Positions 13,041 to 26,904 of a stretch of 64,000 nucleotides of DNA are shown piece after piece. Source of the stretch: Catajapyx aquilonaris (Eukaryota); contig JYFJ02000986.1 in assembly GCA_000934665.2 (NCBI GenBank), positions 1-64,000 of the forward strand, given 5' to 3'. Below the pieces are notes generated by a model that saw only the letters and a program-made list of their open reading frames with translations, did not search any database and was not told the origin of the DNA. The stretch's first letter is position 1. Each line of letters begins with the position of its first letter. Position numbers and translations under genes: made by a program.

Positions 13041-14100
13041 GGACAAGCCTTATACCTACTTTTCAATGGATCCAACGTCGACAGATAGCTCGTGACTATA
13101 TTAGAACTTGCTAACATCACTCAACCTTCATGCCATGGTGCTTCATGCTAACACATAAATGCCCTCTAAACACTCTGTGTGCCCCCTTCACCTCAACCTC
13201 TAAGGTCTGGTTGTATGTGCCCATATTAAAACGCAAATCTCCGATTTGATGTAATATCCATAATGCACAGAGTTTCTCTTTTGCGTCGATAAAACCAAGC
13301 CTATGGCGCTTCACTCACTCTCCTGCTGGGCCTCCAGCCGCGAGTGAGGGCAGCACCGCTATTCAACTAGAGGGTCGCAAGTTGCTCTACTCGGCTCTAC
13401 TGCACTATTAATTTGATCTGCCGCATTTTCTTGGTATCTATGGGCCAAGGATTTTGTCAAGATTATTCAATTTCCCAGCTGACAAATAAGTTAAATATAA
13501 CTGTATCATTTGATACAATTTGAAGCCCCTGTTCCTGATTCTCAACACCATTAATGAATTGATAGGCTGCTTATGTCATGTCAAATGTGTAGCTTACGCG
13601 TACAGTGGTGTCCAGTAATATTCCTCAAATTTTTATTTTCAAATAGTTCACTATATTTTAGGAGGCGGCCTCCAGAAGCGGCTGTCTTTGACGAACCCCA
13701 GAAAATTCTACTTTTTTAGTTACGAGTTGTATAGCTGAAAATTTGTTATTGCGATCATGCCATAATCAAGAGCTTAGGTACAGTATCTGTCATGATATAC
13801 GGAATTAAACCAAATCAGGCTCACCATTTGACCTAGAGCCTGATGAAGATTTGAAGATAGCCGAATTTGGCTTTTCCTGTTGCGAAGCGCAGGTTTTGAT
13901 CGGGAATATGACTTTCCTGATGTAGGAAAATTGCACCAAATGCACTGTACTCCCGATTATTATCCGTGCTAATGAATTCGCGGCTGTGCCCGGATAATCG
14001 GAAAACACGGATAATTAGAAAATGGTCACATGAAATCATAAAAACCATAAAATGAGCTATTCTGAGATTTTTAATTAACTACTGTACATAGTGTATGCCT

Positions 14101-14396
14101 CTTTATTTTTTAATTTTTTTAGTGTAACCCGTGATAGGGCCCGAGGCCCTCTTGGGGGGTGGAATACCACCATGGGGTGACTGGGAGGGGATGTGCAAAG
14201 TGCAAGTGCAATGTCGTTGCTTGGTCACTTTGTGAACTCCCACGGGTGGATTAGTCTAGCGGAGATTCCACCCGAGACGAATCCAGAGATGGACCAACTC
14301 TGCACGAGGTGAAGAGGGGAATCCCTGGCTGGGATCGAACCCGGGACCATAACATCCGTGGGCGAGTGCGTTACCGCAGCCCCACTCCGTCTCCCC
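14101..14396 (-). mobile_element. tRNA-derived SINE, head type A, poly(A)-type tail
   Basis: Head matches the copies at 41.3, 43.3, 49.7 and 61.9 kb (B box GGTTCGATCCC). 3' end is CCCTATCACGGGTTACAC followed by an A-rich tract. Confidence 0.8.
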
Positions 14397-14494
14397 TGCC
14401 TTTTTAATTAAGTTTAATAACAATAAAAAACTCACCATAAATGTTTAGTTGGTCTTCTGAATAAAGTCTGTTATATTTCTTTGTTTGTGAGATA

Positions 14495-14824
14495 CACTGT
14501 ACTCCTGATTATCCGGCTGCGCATATTCCGTGCATCTCCAGCAAATAAAATTAAAAATGAAAGTCTGGAAAAATGTCAATATGTCTCGCAATCGAAGAAA
14601 TATGAGACTTTGTCTAAAATCGAAATTAAAAATATGTAGTAAATTTCATTATTTTGATTAAACCTTAGTTATAAAACTGCATACATACAATCATACAGTA
14701 GTATATTAAAACATGCGAATAGGTAATTTTTACGTTATTCATGACCACTTTCTTATTATTCGTGTTTTCTCATTATCCTGCGACACTCGTGCAGTTATTA
14801 GTCCGGAAAATCGGGAGTACAGTG
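14495..14824. mobile_element. pogo-like MITE, inner copy
   Basis: TA|CACTGTACTCCTGATT ... AATCGGGAGTACAGTG|TA. Confidence 0.75.
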
Positions 14825-17184
14825 TATGCCTATATCGACATTTTTTCGGACTTTTAATTTGAACTTTTGTTTTTGGCGATGCACGGATAATCCTAACCCG
14901 GATAATCCGGAGTATAATGTACTGTTCCTACCCCCACCAGTGTCACTGTCATTATTTGTCAGAAATGCATTTACGGGGAAAACCGCAGGAAAAAACACAG
15001 GAGTCCTCCATCTGGAACGATGCAATACTAAATAGAGCGAAGATAGCCGACTTTGACTGATCACGTTTGACGAAGATAGCCTTTTTTGGCTTCTTTCGCA
15101 GATTTCATCCTCTTGTCAAATTTTTTTTATTTCGACCAGCTTAATATTTGGCTCAGTAGATGCTCCTTTGTATGAAGATTGTAGTGGCAGTTCCAGCTCA
15201 AAAACTCTAAAAATAGAAGATAGCCGCTTGTGGCGGCCGCCTCCTCATTTGTACTGCTGGTATCATTCTGTCACAGTATTATTTTGTAACTAACAGTGGT
15301 GTGAAAAGAGGACTATTTCAACTAATCCTCGGTGAAGTAATCTGAGTAATCCAACGCGAGGAGCAGCAGCATGCTGCCGTTGCGTGGTAAATTAAAGGTT
15401 TTTAATTTATTTGCCGGAACAAATAAAAGCAGAAAAGGAAATTTGGCCTCGTGGAAGCCGAAAAGAAGTGATCTCCTTTTCGAGCTTCCGCGCCTCCGTC
15501 CCTAAGCACTTATTAGATCCTTATCGATCACCTTCTCTAGGAAATCGCAGCTTCCTCAAGTGGAAATTCCCGCATCTGAGATGAAATTTTTGAAAAGCCG
15601 ACTAGTCTGGATTGGCTGCCGGAATTAATACCAATTCTCCCGCCGCATAATTTCCTTTGCATACCATATTTCCATCTACTTTTTTCTATCCTCATACTCT
15701 TGAACGATAAATCGTGTACCTGATGCAGTCATGCTTAAGGCCTACGGTTGTGGTTGACGTAAGATGGGAAAAATGGTGTTCCGTAATGGTTGTATCACTT
15801 TTTCCAGGATGTTCATATCCCGTTACTTATGCTTTGTCGAGATATTTTTTCAGCTTATTTTTCGACAGCAGGTAAAAGTTTCATCATACGTAATTAGTGA
15901 CACTAATTTTTGCAGTATAGTGAAATAAGCAGCATCTGGTTGTTCTGGTATTGGCATGTAGTGGCTGATTGCAGATGACGACTAAAGTGACGGTTAGGGG
16001 TTCAAGGACCGGTTTGTGCCTGAGTTGTAGTGGACATGGCGAATAAGGCTGGAGTGGGAAGGCGGAGAACGTCTGTGTAGGAAGAAGTGCAGATCGATGG
16101 GTGGCGAGTGTGTGACAGATGGAGTAGGGAGAGAAGCGATGCCTCATCGCCGCCAACTCATCTGTCTCCGTCCAGAAGGGACGGACCACAGGTCTCCCAG
16201 AAAAGGGAGTCCACCCCCCTGCCTTATTCCCTCCTCCACTCTGCACCATCACTAGACGGATGGATGAATAAATGAGCTCCAATTCCGTACTGCTTTTTTG
16301 TCCCTTAAAATTGCACATATATAACGTGTGTCCTCACCTGCACTTTGAGGTTTGGAAGAAGGGTGGTGGGTATAGCATTTTGAAGGGGGGGGGGGGGGAA
16401 ATCGCGATTCCGGGCCGAGATTGAGAAGACTCGATGTCGTGACTCTATTCGGGTCGGGACATCATCACTTGGGGACATTAATCGATCTGGCCCAAGTGGA
16501 GTCCTAAGCGCTTCTGCCTCTCTATCTGTCTTCATCCAATGCTTAAACTTGTTTGGGTGGAGGGAGGTGTCGGAGGTAGGAGAACAACCAGAGTGGACCC
16601 CTTATCGCGCCCAACCTGAGATCACAGGGCGCTTTAACATGGACGATCTGCTACATGCTGCATTGCCATTTCAATCAGGGCATGCGAAACTTATAGTTTC
16701 CCGTCGTCGAGGGATACTCACTGTCGTGTTGACTAATTCACACTTGCGCCAGAGGGAATTAACATCGTGATATAGCCTACGGTATATTCGAATTAGAGAT
16801 GGCAGAATAATTATCTTGGCATAATTATAGATTATATCAGTCACTAATTACCGTTATTACATACATTTTGCGTGTGTGCGAAAATATCACATAAAAAATA
16901 TAGGTAGGGTAAAACGGAATCATATGAACAGAAGTGAGCAGTCTGAAATAGACAACTTTTGAACCTATAGTCAGCATCTTGTTAGTTTGCCAAATACTCT
17001 CCACATTTATACAAGTTCAGCTAGCAGTAAGCTCCACTAAAGTCATTATGGCCCACTGCAAATAAATCCTTGAATGTGTCCATTTAAAAAATTCATGTGC
17101 TGCTTATTAATAATCAACATGTTATTGCTAAATAAGAAATTCGGAACCGAAAATTGGAAGCCGAACCAATCCTGCAACACATGT

Positions 17185-19087
17185 ATTACACAGGCCTGCG
17201 AAATAACTCTTTTTATTTTTTCTGCACCGTTTTGTGTTTCTAATGTATTATTTCGATACGCTGAGTTCAGAAATGCCGAGCTTTTTCCTCTATCACGTCA
17301 GGTTTCTCCACAAAGTGAGGATAAAGATTCAGGAAAATCACACAGAAGATTATAGCAGAGTAAAAATGCTTTTTGGTTCAGGCCTTGATGGGGGATGAGT
17401 ACTGAGTAGGTTTGAGAAAAAAATATGTTTTTTAATGTTTATTTTTATTTATTTTTATTTTATTTACCCCGTGATACAACTCTTGGTCGTTATAGGGGGT
17501 GGCAGACCACCATACAGTTTTCTAATTATTTTTTCTTCGGACACCGGTGCAAGGATTACTAGGAAATAGGGTAAGGGTTGGGGGTTTTGGGGAGGGGACA
17601 CATGTGCAGGTGCATTGTCCAGCGGTGGGCCAGGTGCAGTCCCCCAGGAGGTCAGGGTGCCAAGACGCCTCCTTAGGCGCGGGTCACGACCCATTGACGC
17701 AAGCGAAAGGTTTGTTCCCGGGTGGGGATTTGAACCCGGGACCTTTCGCATAGCAAGCCGAGACGTTACCATCTCGGCCACCGTGCCTCCCCCAGAAAAA
17801 AATAGGTTACAAAGCCACGGCCATCTCCTTCAAGATGAACTAGATGGCATGAGTAGATACTTACACGTACTCGTGAGAAAAAAATGTTTTCTATGCACCC
17901 ACCCTACCGCGCGGTTCAGGTGTTGCCACATTAGAGGTTATAAATTAAATTTTAACATTTTTCTACTTTCTATGTTTCAATTTATCGTCGTTGACCTGAA
18001 ATATATATTTTTCTAAGCCAAATATTGGTTTGACACATTTTTATAGCAGCGAGCAACCAGACAGAAATTCTCAATTTGTGTCGAAACTGTACGTGATAAA
18101 AGTTTTTGCGTATTTTTCCCGAAATCAGCATCCAAAAATACGTAAGAAACACCTCTCACTTTGACGAAAAAAATTCATCGCAGGCCTCTGATATATATTA
18201 TAATATATATTATAATATATTATTTTCTCGCGAACCATGCATGACCCAGGCCTCAAACGTAACATACTGAACCTTGTGTCAGTCACAACTGAGTGGGTCA
18301 GAACAATAATGGCATATCCCACCCGAGGGTCGAATTTGAGTTTCTGGTGGCTGTGATTGCAAGATACATCAATGAATCAGTTCCATAAGTTGGAGCCAGT
18401 TTGGAGCCATACCTTTCTATTAAATCCACATTTACATTGATATGACTACATTAAAAAGTATTATTCTGCACACATTTAAACCTCGAATATCTCAAAAACA
18501 TTTGTGATTGGGATATGCCATTATTGTTCTGACCCACTCAACTAGTGTCACCAAATATGACTGATGTAACCCAAACACATCACTAATTGTTGAGGTCACA
18601 ATTCTTGGGCATGAGACTGAGCAAGTGACTAATGAAATGCTAAAAAAATTATTTTTGCATTTTAGAGGAAAACTAATTCCAGCGACGCATTCACCTGGTG
18701 TTTCTCTTTCTTTTGATGTATATGTTCATTGGGTTCTGATCACTTCCACTAACCGAAAAAAATTCTCCCAAAAATGCTTCATTTTCAGTCATTTCCGATT
18801 TTTTCCTCGTCATGGTATTGCGCAATATTTCATAAATTTTATAAGCAGCATTAAAGAATAGTTGAGTACATCTGTGATTATTTTGACCAAGATCCGAGAC
18901 GGTCTAGCAACATTTAGACCCACTTGATTCGGAAAGACCCCTAGTAAGTCGTTCAAAGTTTTAAAACGATATATCTCAAAAACTGTGGGTGATAGAAGAT
19001 TTTGCGTATTTTTCCCGTAATCAGCATTAAAAATACATAAGAAATACTTGTCACTGAAGAAAAAATTTCATCGCAGGCCTGTGTTAT
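17185..19087. mobile_element. Putative non-autonomous TIR element or compound repeat
   Basis: ATTACACAGGCCTGCGA at the left and TCGCAGGCCTGTGTTAT at the right. The ~85-bp right end is duplicated internally near 18105-18195. A perfect 32-bp IR lies at 18290-18321 / 18509-18540. Confidence 0.5.
17430..17793 (-). mobile_element. tRNA-derived SINE, head type B, poly(A)-type tail
   Basis: A box TGGCCGAGATGG, B box GGTTCAAATCC. Tail TATCACGGGGTAAATAAATAAAAA. 15-bp TSD AGAAAAAAATA[T/G]GTT at 17415-17429 and 17794-17808. Confidence 0.85.
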
Positions 19088-19316
19088 TCTACCATTCAAT
19101 ACACTTCAAACATGATGAAGAACGGGAGAAAAAAACCGTTATTTTGCGAAAGTGCTTATTATTGTAGACCAGAATATCATTTTTATGTGTATTCAATTCA
19201 ATTTAATAATTTATTTTACCTCATTGTTTGTTCCCAGAGAGGGACTCTGATACTCCATACATAATACACACCATGGGTACCTGGATGTGGCTGCATCACG
19301 TTTCATTTTAAAATGC

Positions 19317-19610
19317 TTTTTTAATAGTTTTTTGGGTTTTTTTGTTACTCCGTGATAGGGCTCGAGGCCCACTTAGGGGGGAAGGGGAAGTTCCCAAGGG
19401 AGGGCGCCGTGCGATAGCCATTTCTGACATTCTTTAACACCAGACCTTTTCTCCTGGCCCCGAGCAGAGAAGGGAGTGCAATTCTGCTCCGGCATGTCGG
19501 GTGAAAATCGGAAAAAGACCCGGCCAAGCAGAGGTGACGGGAACGGGATTTGAACCCCGGCCTCCCGCTTGGCTGGCCAGTGGCGTAACCACTAGACCAC
19601 CATGCCGTCC
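19317..19610 (-). mobile_element. tRNA-derived SINE, head type D, poly(A)-type tail
   Basis: A box TGGTCTAGTGG, B box GGTTCAAATCC. Tail CCCCCTAAGTGGGCCTCGAGCCCTATCACGGAGTAACAAAAA. TSD TTTAAAATGC at 19307-19316 and 19611-19620. Confidence 0.82.
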
Positions 19611-22600
19611 TTTAAAATGCATTTTTAAAACTGCACATTTTTATGGGTGAGATGAATACTTGAAAAGAGTGCAGCATACTCTCTGAAGCGAAATGTCACT
19701 ATATGTACTCTCAAATGTAGTGCAACCATGCCGCATTAGACTATTCAAACTGAGGTTCCAAACACTTCTCAAAACCATACTGAAAATTTTAGGCTCTTGT
19801 AAGGCACTTGTGGACGGCACAACTTGGGAACTATTTTAAAGGGACGTTGCCAGCTGAGAATTTGTCAACTACTTTTTGCAAGCTGTTCTCAAAGCAGACC
19901 TCAGCGTGCAAATGAGAACACTTGGCCAATTCCGCTGACGTCCTCTCATCCGGGAGTCGAGAATCGCAAAATGTGTCACGCATGAAGAGGCGTACAAGTT
20001 CAAAGGTGTAGTTGTACCAAAGGAGCTTCAGTATTTCTAAATGAGGGATTTCGGTGCACATGAACGCGTACTAAAGCGGCACAATTTGCAAGGTAGATCC
20101 TCGGCGGTCGTAGCCATGAAAAGCTGTCAGACCGTTGCTTAAGGAGACTTTTTTTGCAAGAAAAATAGATGTCTTAATACCAGCATTTAGCAAATAGGGT
20201 TTCGCTCATGCAAGGGCCAAAGAGGCGACGCTAAATATGGCGAGGTCTAATTGCATTAAATGGAACTTGTCGAGCCAACCCAGGCCGACCACAAGTACTA
20301 CCTGCAGAAACAGGACGTGTCTATAGTACAGTATAGTCTACGTAGAGCTGAGAGGCTAATGGAATTAAGTCTGGCCATAACAACGCGGGCAACAAGCCAG
20401 AGGCGTTTTCATTTCCTCGCCTATTTTCGACGCAGGCTGAAACTTCCTATTTTGGGATTACCACTCTAGACTTGTACCCGTCTTTTTTTCATACTTTCGC
20501 ATAAAACAGTAGATAGGAGTTCCAGAGATTTTCAACAAAGGACGAGAACATTGATGGCCATATCTTATGTAACACAAATGTCAGAATGAGGATAGATGGC
20601 AGGAGAGCACTATCAATAATACTCCAACACATAATTACTCATATGGCTTTAAAATGATGGTGATAAACTCAGGTGAAACCCAAATGAATGCAATAGATCC
20701 CTACCATCTATTTCCCACTTTACAAGGCAGCATTCTTCCCTTCAACTGCGTAACCTTAGTCACTTGTCACCGAGCACCATGGCGAGGGACATGCGTTGAC
20801 ACCGATGTGGATATAGTGTGTTTTCAGGGTCATTCGTCGACGGAACTACCAGGATGCCCCGAGGCGCAACTAATGTGGAATGCTTCTCCACTTTGACTCA
20901 GATGGTTTCAAATGCATTGCTCCACTAGCATAATGTGGGTAGCGCCCCCCAATTTAGGCTGCAAATATTCGGAATTTGTCACCTTGTGACGACGAAAGCG
21001 ATTTCTGCTGACGGGGCTAGTCCACAGATATCTAAATCTCGACTGTTACCAAGACTGTTACATACGATAGGTCAAACGTCAAATGACGACTTTTGCCCGT
21101 TTGAATGCAAAAAAGTGGTTATTATGTCGGAACTCTAGAGACGAGTTAGTTAGGGTTACTTTTTAGACTGGTTTATTGCCATTAGGTTTCCACAAGAGGG
21201 TTTGTACAGTTCCCTCCACTTTCCGACTTCTGCCCGTCTTCAGCTTATGGTGCTCTTTGTGCCCAAGACCTTAACACTCTGTATTGGGTTGTGAGGAGTT
21301 GAAATTTCTGACAGGATGTGGTGGTCTTACAGGCGCTTTGAATAATTAATGGAAAGATAATTTCCTCGATTGGCCTTGATAGTCAATGACGTAAAGGGAC
21401 GAAGTTCACATGACCTCAGAGGAGTGTGAAATACAGAAACCTGTCCAGCAAGATTTTCAGGCATTTACATAATTCTGTTAAAGGTCACGCAATTGGGCAT
21501 CATACCTAGTTGACCATTTCCCATACTTTTTCCCTCATGGGGGTGTCTCGCGGGGGTGAACCCTGCTTCGGATCACGTCTGTAGGAAGGGTGGATGAAGG
21601 TCTGTACCAATTTTCGTTCGAGTTGGGGCGCCCGTTTCTTTTCGGTTTAGAGCAACATATGTTATTTAGTTAATTTTGTTGTGCACTGTATTTCAGCTTA
21701 ATTAGAGCTGTTCGTGAGAGAAGCCAGGCTCGTTCAAATCTAGAAAACACGATCGAGTAGTGACCGTGATACTTTACAGTTTAATAATAGAGGTAATTAC
21801 AGTTAATAATTCTCATAATAAGTTGCCCTATGCCTGTGGTAGCTAAACAAGTAAAATTTTGATTAGGGCTGTTCCTTTCGTGTTGGAGCACCCTGCAGAC
21901 AGCCTTATATTTTCTTGAATGATTTCGTTCTTTTTCTCTCCTCTCTAAAAGACATGATTTGAATACTTTTATTAGGAAGGCTTACCAATGGTAATAAATT
22001 AGGGATTTGAGACCCAAAATGCAGAGAAAGAATGACGTTAGATGTAACTATGGAGAAAGAAAATCCACTTCCAGTACCTTAATTACAAGAGTTCCAGGAG
22101 AAAAATGGTGGTACAAGTGTCTCCGGATTATTTATTCTCGTGGTACATTTCCCTTGGAAATTGTGAAGGAGAGAGTCAGGCAATTAAGTTAGTGGAGATG
22201 GATCCATGCGGGCAGCTTGACATAGGCAGGGACATGACCTGAAAGCTCAACATCCCCTCTCACCCCCTCAACCCCCACCACCCTGCACCACACCCTTCAG
22301 CCTCCCGTCTCCTCCAGGGACCCGACGCTTCACTGCCAAATGGTGTGCGGAAATTAAAATTTGCAAAAGATGAGCACGCGTCCAAGCCAGGAGTCGGCTT
22401 AGCCTCCTGGAACACGTTCTGCATTGATGCCTGCCTGCCTGCCTGCATGGCCCGCCAGCGAATTGAATCTAGCCTGCCAAAAGCTAGTGTTATCGCATCA
22501 TCAGCCATTATGCCAAATATGATCAGCATATATGCGAATCTAGCTACGACTCGCCTCCAGTTCACAAGGCGCTTGGGTCACTCGTTCATTCGGCCGTGAT

Positions 22601-23202
22601 TGTACCAAGCCTGATTAGTCGGAAAGTACTCGTCTTTTATGATGGCGGACTCTGCCATTTCGTACCAATTAACCACCTTTCGCGGCCGGTGGCAGTGCTG
22701 TCTGTCGGTGTCGTCTAGAAACTGCGTAATTTCGATAATATAGTTGCCTGAGAGTATATAATATATTATTCGGAAAAACGCCTCCCCAAGAAAAAACAAA
22801 AGACAAAAAAGAAACTCCTCTCTATATTCTCTTGGACTCGATCCTTTACATGCGGACACAAGGGATTCTTATTGATATTTAGCCCCAGGGGAAAATAAAT
22901 CGATTAGAAAATTCGTAACTGCAAGACAGTATCTCTCTGTCCCCGATTACCCCGGTATTGTACAGTACATCGGAATCAGCTTCAGTTACATAATAATCAA
23001 ATGTTTAAAAATTTCCAGTGAGTTTACTCTCTATGTTGTTCCTTTATATATGCCATTCCACGGGCAATAATTATTTTTTAGGAATCAGATTATCACGAAC
23101 GTCCCGCAGAATGGTGGCCCAAAGATACGGCGCACAGTGTGACATTTCGGCAATCCAGCGGGATTTTATTCCTGTGTGAAAAACTATTTATGTCTTCAAT
23201 AA

Positions 23203-23566
23203 GGTATGGGGACGGATTTTGTGCTTTTACTGTAGCTGTGGGGACGTATGTCCCCACAGTTCGAATTGTGGGGACATTATTTTGTAAGTCCCCACAGACT
23301 CACACACGCGATGTGTACTATTACAGTGGGGACATCTCCAAATTAGTGGGGACATGTCCCCACTATTTTCATTTGTAGGGTGTCACAAAAGTCCATTTTT
23401 TCTCAGCCTAGGTTAGTTAGGGTAGGGTAGGTTAGGTAGGGTAGGGTAGCGTAGGTTAGGTAGGGTAGGGTAGGTTAGGGTAGGGTTGGTTAGGTATGGT
23501 TAGGTATGGTTAGGTTAGGTCAGTTTTCCCTAGCTTCGAAAAGTTGAATTTTCACGTCCTCACACC
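23203..23566 (+). mobile_element. MITE with GGGGAC subterminal repeats and (GGTTA/GGGTA)n tract
   Basis: TIRs GGTATGGGGACG / CGTCCTCACACC flanked by TAA / TTA. Inverted second copy at 59802-60092. Confidence 0.75.
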
Positions 23567-24537
23567 TTAGTGAAAACATGTCTGTGTATGTGCGGGACTA
23601 TTATTAAATTGGTTTTTATGAATAATACTGCACAAGAGAAACGGTTTGTAATGCCTTTATAGGCATTTACAGTAATCACATTTAAAATCATTAGCCTACA
23701 TAATTTTGCAATTTTATTAGCCATGATTTTACATTAATTACAAAACTGATACGGTACAATATGATTATAACTCTTGCTTCTGACTGTCATTAATGCTACA
23801 CACAAATATTATGTCAAAAATAAAACATATGTGAATGCGGGGGCACATTCTGAAAACGAGTAACTTTTATGCAGTTGCGCATACTTCCGCATAATTTGAT
23901 TACATTTTTGAATAGCCCATATGTCCTACTTTTGTGCACATGTGAAGTGGGTAAAATGCGGTAAAAGATAGTAAAAGTGTCAAATAATGCAGCGTGGCGC
24001 AACACTTACGAGAGATTCCTGAGGCAATGTTTTGAAAATTTGCTATAATTATACAATGCTGCGTTTAGAGCGTAAATGCCAGTGAACTTACTTTGCCAGG
24101 TCTGAAGTTGCAGAAAACAAAATTCTAACCAAGATGTAATGTGCGCATGCAGCACACGCGTCCAGCAAAGTAAATGAATGATAATCGCTTGCGTGGATGT
24201 ATCTCGTAATGTGGTCCGGTGGGGGTATGGATAGGTCCATTTTTTAGGTGATGTGGGACTCTTAAAATGAACTTAGCCCACATTTTATTAACAACGAGAC
24301 ATGACTCTTTCTAAATAAGTTGTGTTTTCGTATATTAGAGAGGGGTCACTTTTCCATCTTAAGTCACGCTGGATTGCTGAAATGTCACACTGTGCGGCGG
24401 TACTATAAAGTACAGGTGAAGGCAAACGCGTTATTTTGGTGTTAAAACAGTTTGCGAAACCAACAAAAATGAATATTATTACCACAACATAAAAAATATT
24501 CTCTAAAGGTGCCGTGAGTAGTAAGGAAGCTAATATA

Positions 24538-25191
24538 TGAGTTATCGTACTTCGAACTTAATTCGCTCGAGGAGGCCGTTCGAACTCCGAATTGTTCGAA
24601 GTCAGAATCAATTTTCCCCATAAGAAATAATGGAAAGTGAATTAATCCGTTCCCAGACCCTATGCAGTATACACAATACCCATTTCGATAAACGCAAACA
24701 GCAAATGCACATAATTTAGGATAATCATAACACGTTTAATTCCCTAATAAATTAAACCTGAAGAACAATAAGTAAAATAAGTAACCACTATATAATACAT
24801 TTAAAATTGCATTTTCTCTACCAGTGAGGAGTGGTGATGTCCCATGTGGCTAGTGGAGTGGAAGGTGAAGAGGAAGAGAAAGATTACTGTTTGGAAGTGA
24901 GTCACCTTTTATTATGCATTATAGAGTGCATCATCAATCTAATCAATCAAAATAAAGTGATAAAAGCACTGAAAACACACGAGAGTAACGCAAAAGATGC
25001 CATCACAACGAAAGTGAGAGATGAATTGGGCGCAAAACAGATGGCAGTTTACACAGCGAGAGCATTTTTTCATCGTGCTAGTCGTTCGAACTTAGAATCA
25101 TCGTTCGAACTCCGGATCGAATTTCTCGTAAAATTAGTGTTCGAACTCTGCAACGTTCGAAGTTAGGGCGTTCAAAGTACGAGGTCTAATG
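24538..25191. mobile_element. Degenerate Tigger/pogo-like MITE
   Basis: Clusters of GTTCGAA motifs at both ends. Right end AAGTACGAGGTCTAATG|TA is inverted relative to the left TCGTACTTCGAAC. Confidence 0.55.
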
Positions 25192-25683
25192 TATAATAAT
25201 TATTACTAACTTACATAATAATGGCCCCGAATCCTAGTTTAAAAAAAAGATAGGAGAATAAGTTATGGACAACTTACTCCACCAACTAGTTGAAAGAAGG
25301 CTACTCAGAAATCAGGGCAAAAAGATCAGTATAATGTATATTACACAAAGCTTTAACAATACAGAAAGTCAAAAGAAAGACAGTTAAAATTTTATACTCA
25401 GCTGTTCGGTCACGGGGGAAGGACAAAATAGCACTTTCTCGCCCTTACCCCAAATGACAAGCAGTCATAAATTAAGTGCATCTTCAGGTTGACTCGGGCC
25501 CGTTGAGTGGAAATGATGGTCGGTGATCAAAATAACTTACTTCCCAAAATTACATTATTACAAGCAAAATTTAAGATATCAACTCTGGGGCGAACGGTCG
25601 CATCATCTTACACAGTTTAGTCCACTCCACCAACGGCACAGAGTTCAGATGCGGAACCGCCTCCTCGCCCAAGATCCAAAAGC

Positions 25684-25835
<152 letters not shown>

Positions 25836-26786
25836 CGGACCAAAATTTGATTGGGACAAAATGACCACATCAACAAAGTACCGACACAACACCGAGTCGC
25901 GCTAGTGTGAGAGTTGTTTGCAAAGCATAACTAATATGATACCTGAACTTGCAAGATCAAAGGCCACATACCAAGTCGACCGTAAAATATTCTTACTCAG
26001 CAGTTTAGGTCAAAAAGAGGGCTTGGCTCGAGAGAAGCCAACTCATCAAAAAGCGATTGTAGTACACAAAAACCAAATATTTTGGTGAAAGGACCTGTTC
26101 AAAGTTATCCTGACTCAGAAAGGCAACCCGCATGGCCCAATGATTCGTCCCTTTAGATTGGAGCAGATCACTGAAACTTGGCAACGCAGGGGAGTTGGAT
26201 CAAAATGTTTCTGTCAAGTCACTCTAATATATGTCATTCAATGGAAGAATGCTTCTAACGGGTGACCTTCAACAGTTTGGAGAAAGAGTTCGGCCTTGCT
26301 TTGTCAACGAACGCCATCTTGAGTTCGCCCCTCTCTCTCCTCTCTCTCTTTTAGGGGAGAGTGAGAGAGAGGAGAGGGAGTGAGGGAGAGATACGCGATT
26401 GGGTAAACGCGTGATATCTTGATTGGACTTGCATTTCGCATGATTGACACTCGCGCGAGGCATTTGTCCAACGATATTATTCTTACAACATTTTTACGGT
26501 GTAAAACCCACATAAATTGTCGTTGGCGCAACTGTCATTATGATATGGTGCCCCATGTGGCAACATATTTTGAATACTACTGAGGCTGCCAGATAGCAAC
26601 ACCTACCACATCAAAGATACAGTGAGTGGCGAACACAGGGGGTTTAGCGTACCTACAACTAGGTGCATAGAATATACGCACTACACGATGAGCCTAATTT
26701 TTGTCGTTTGGGGTGCAAGGCTACTCAGGGTAACCTTGAACATGTCCTTTAGGGGAACGACAACAGCAGTTACTTTTAGTGCATTT

Positions 26787-26814
26787 GGGGGTGAAAGCAC
26801 TACCCCAGTTATTA

Positions 26815-26902
<88 letters not shown>
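26787..26902 (+). mobile_element. Extremely 5'-truncated retroposon: 22-nt tail plus (TTA)n
   Basis: GGGGGTGAAAGCACTACCCCAG followed by (TTA)n. Perfect 13-bp TSD TTTTAGTGCATTT at 26774-26786 and 26903-26915. Confidence 0.88.

Positions 26903-26904
<2 letters not shown>

Larger units (their letters stand above)
13943..14919. mobile_element. pogo-like MITE (CACTGTACTCC termini), outer copy
   Basis: CACTGTACTCCCGATTAT ... ATAATCCGGAGTATAATG|TA with CGGATAAT subterminal repeats. Hosts a SINE and a related MITE. Confidence 0.6.
13659..15246. mobile_element. Non-autonomous TIR element with 4-bp TSD (Sola-like), containing nested insertions
   Basis: TIRs AGGAGGCGGCCTCCAGAAGCGGCTGTCTT / AAGATAGCCGCTTGTGGCGGCCGCCTCCTC with ATTT on both sides. 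Internal GAAGATAGCC motif is repeated. Confidence 0.65.

Noticed and set aside
19530..19610. tRNA genes at the A-box/B-box sites (12.8, 14.3, 17.7, 19.6, 41.3, 43.3, 46.55, 49.7, 51.0, 61.9 kb)
   Set aside because: Cloverleafs are imperfect, and each continues into a shared body and tail, usually with TSDs. They are SINE heads.
19800..20061. Possible THAP-domain remnant on the minus strand (CSHLHAEVCFE...GNVP)
   Set aside because: The N-terminal CxxxC and the conserved W/HF spacing are not recoverable; too weak without an HMM search.
23410..23520. True telomere or chromosome-fusion relic
   Set aside because: The tract is short, degenerate and embedded in a dispersed MITE.
26320..26400. GA/CT-rich tract as the kekkon promoter (GAGA-factor sites)
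   Set aside because: No transcription-start evidence. It is a low-complexity inverted repeat that could be TE-derived, and the first non-coding exon could not be located.
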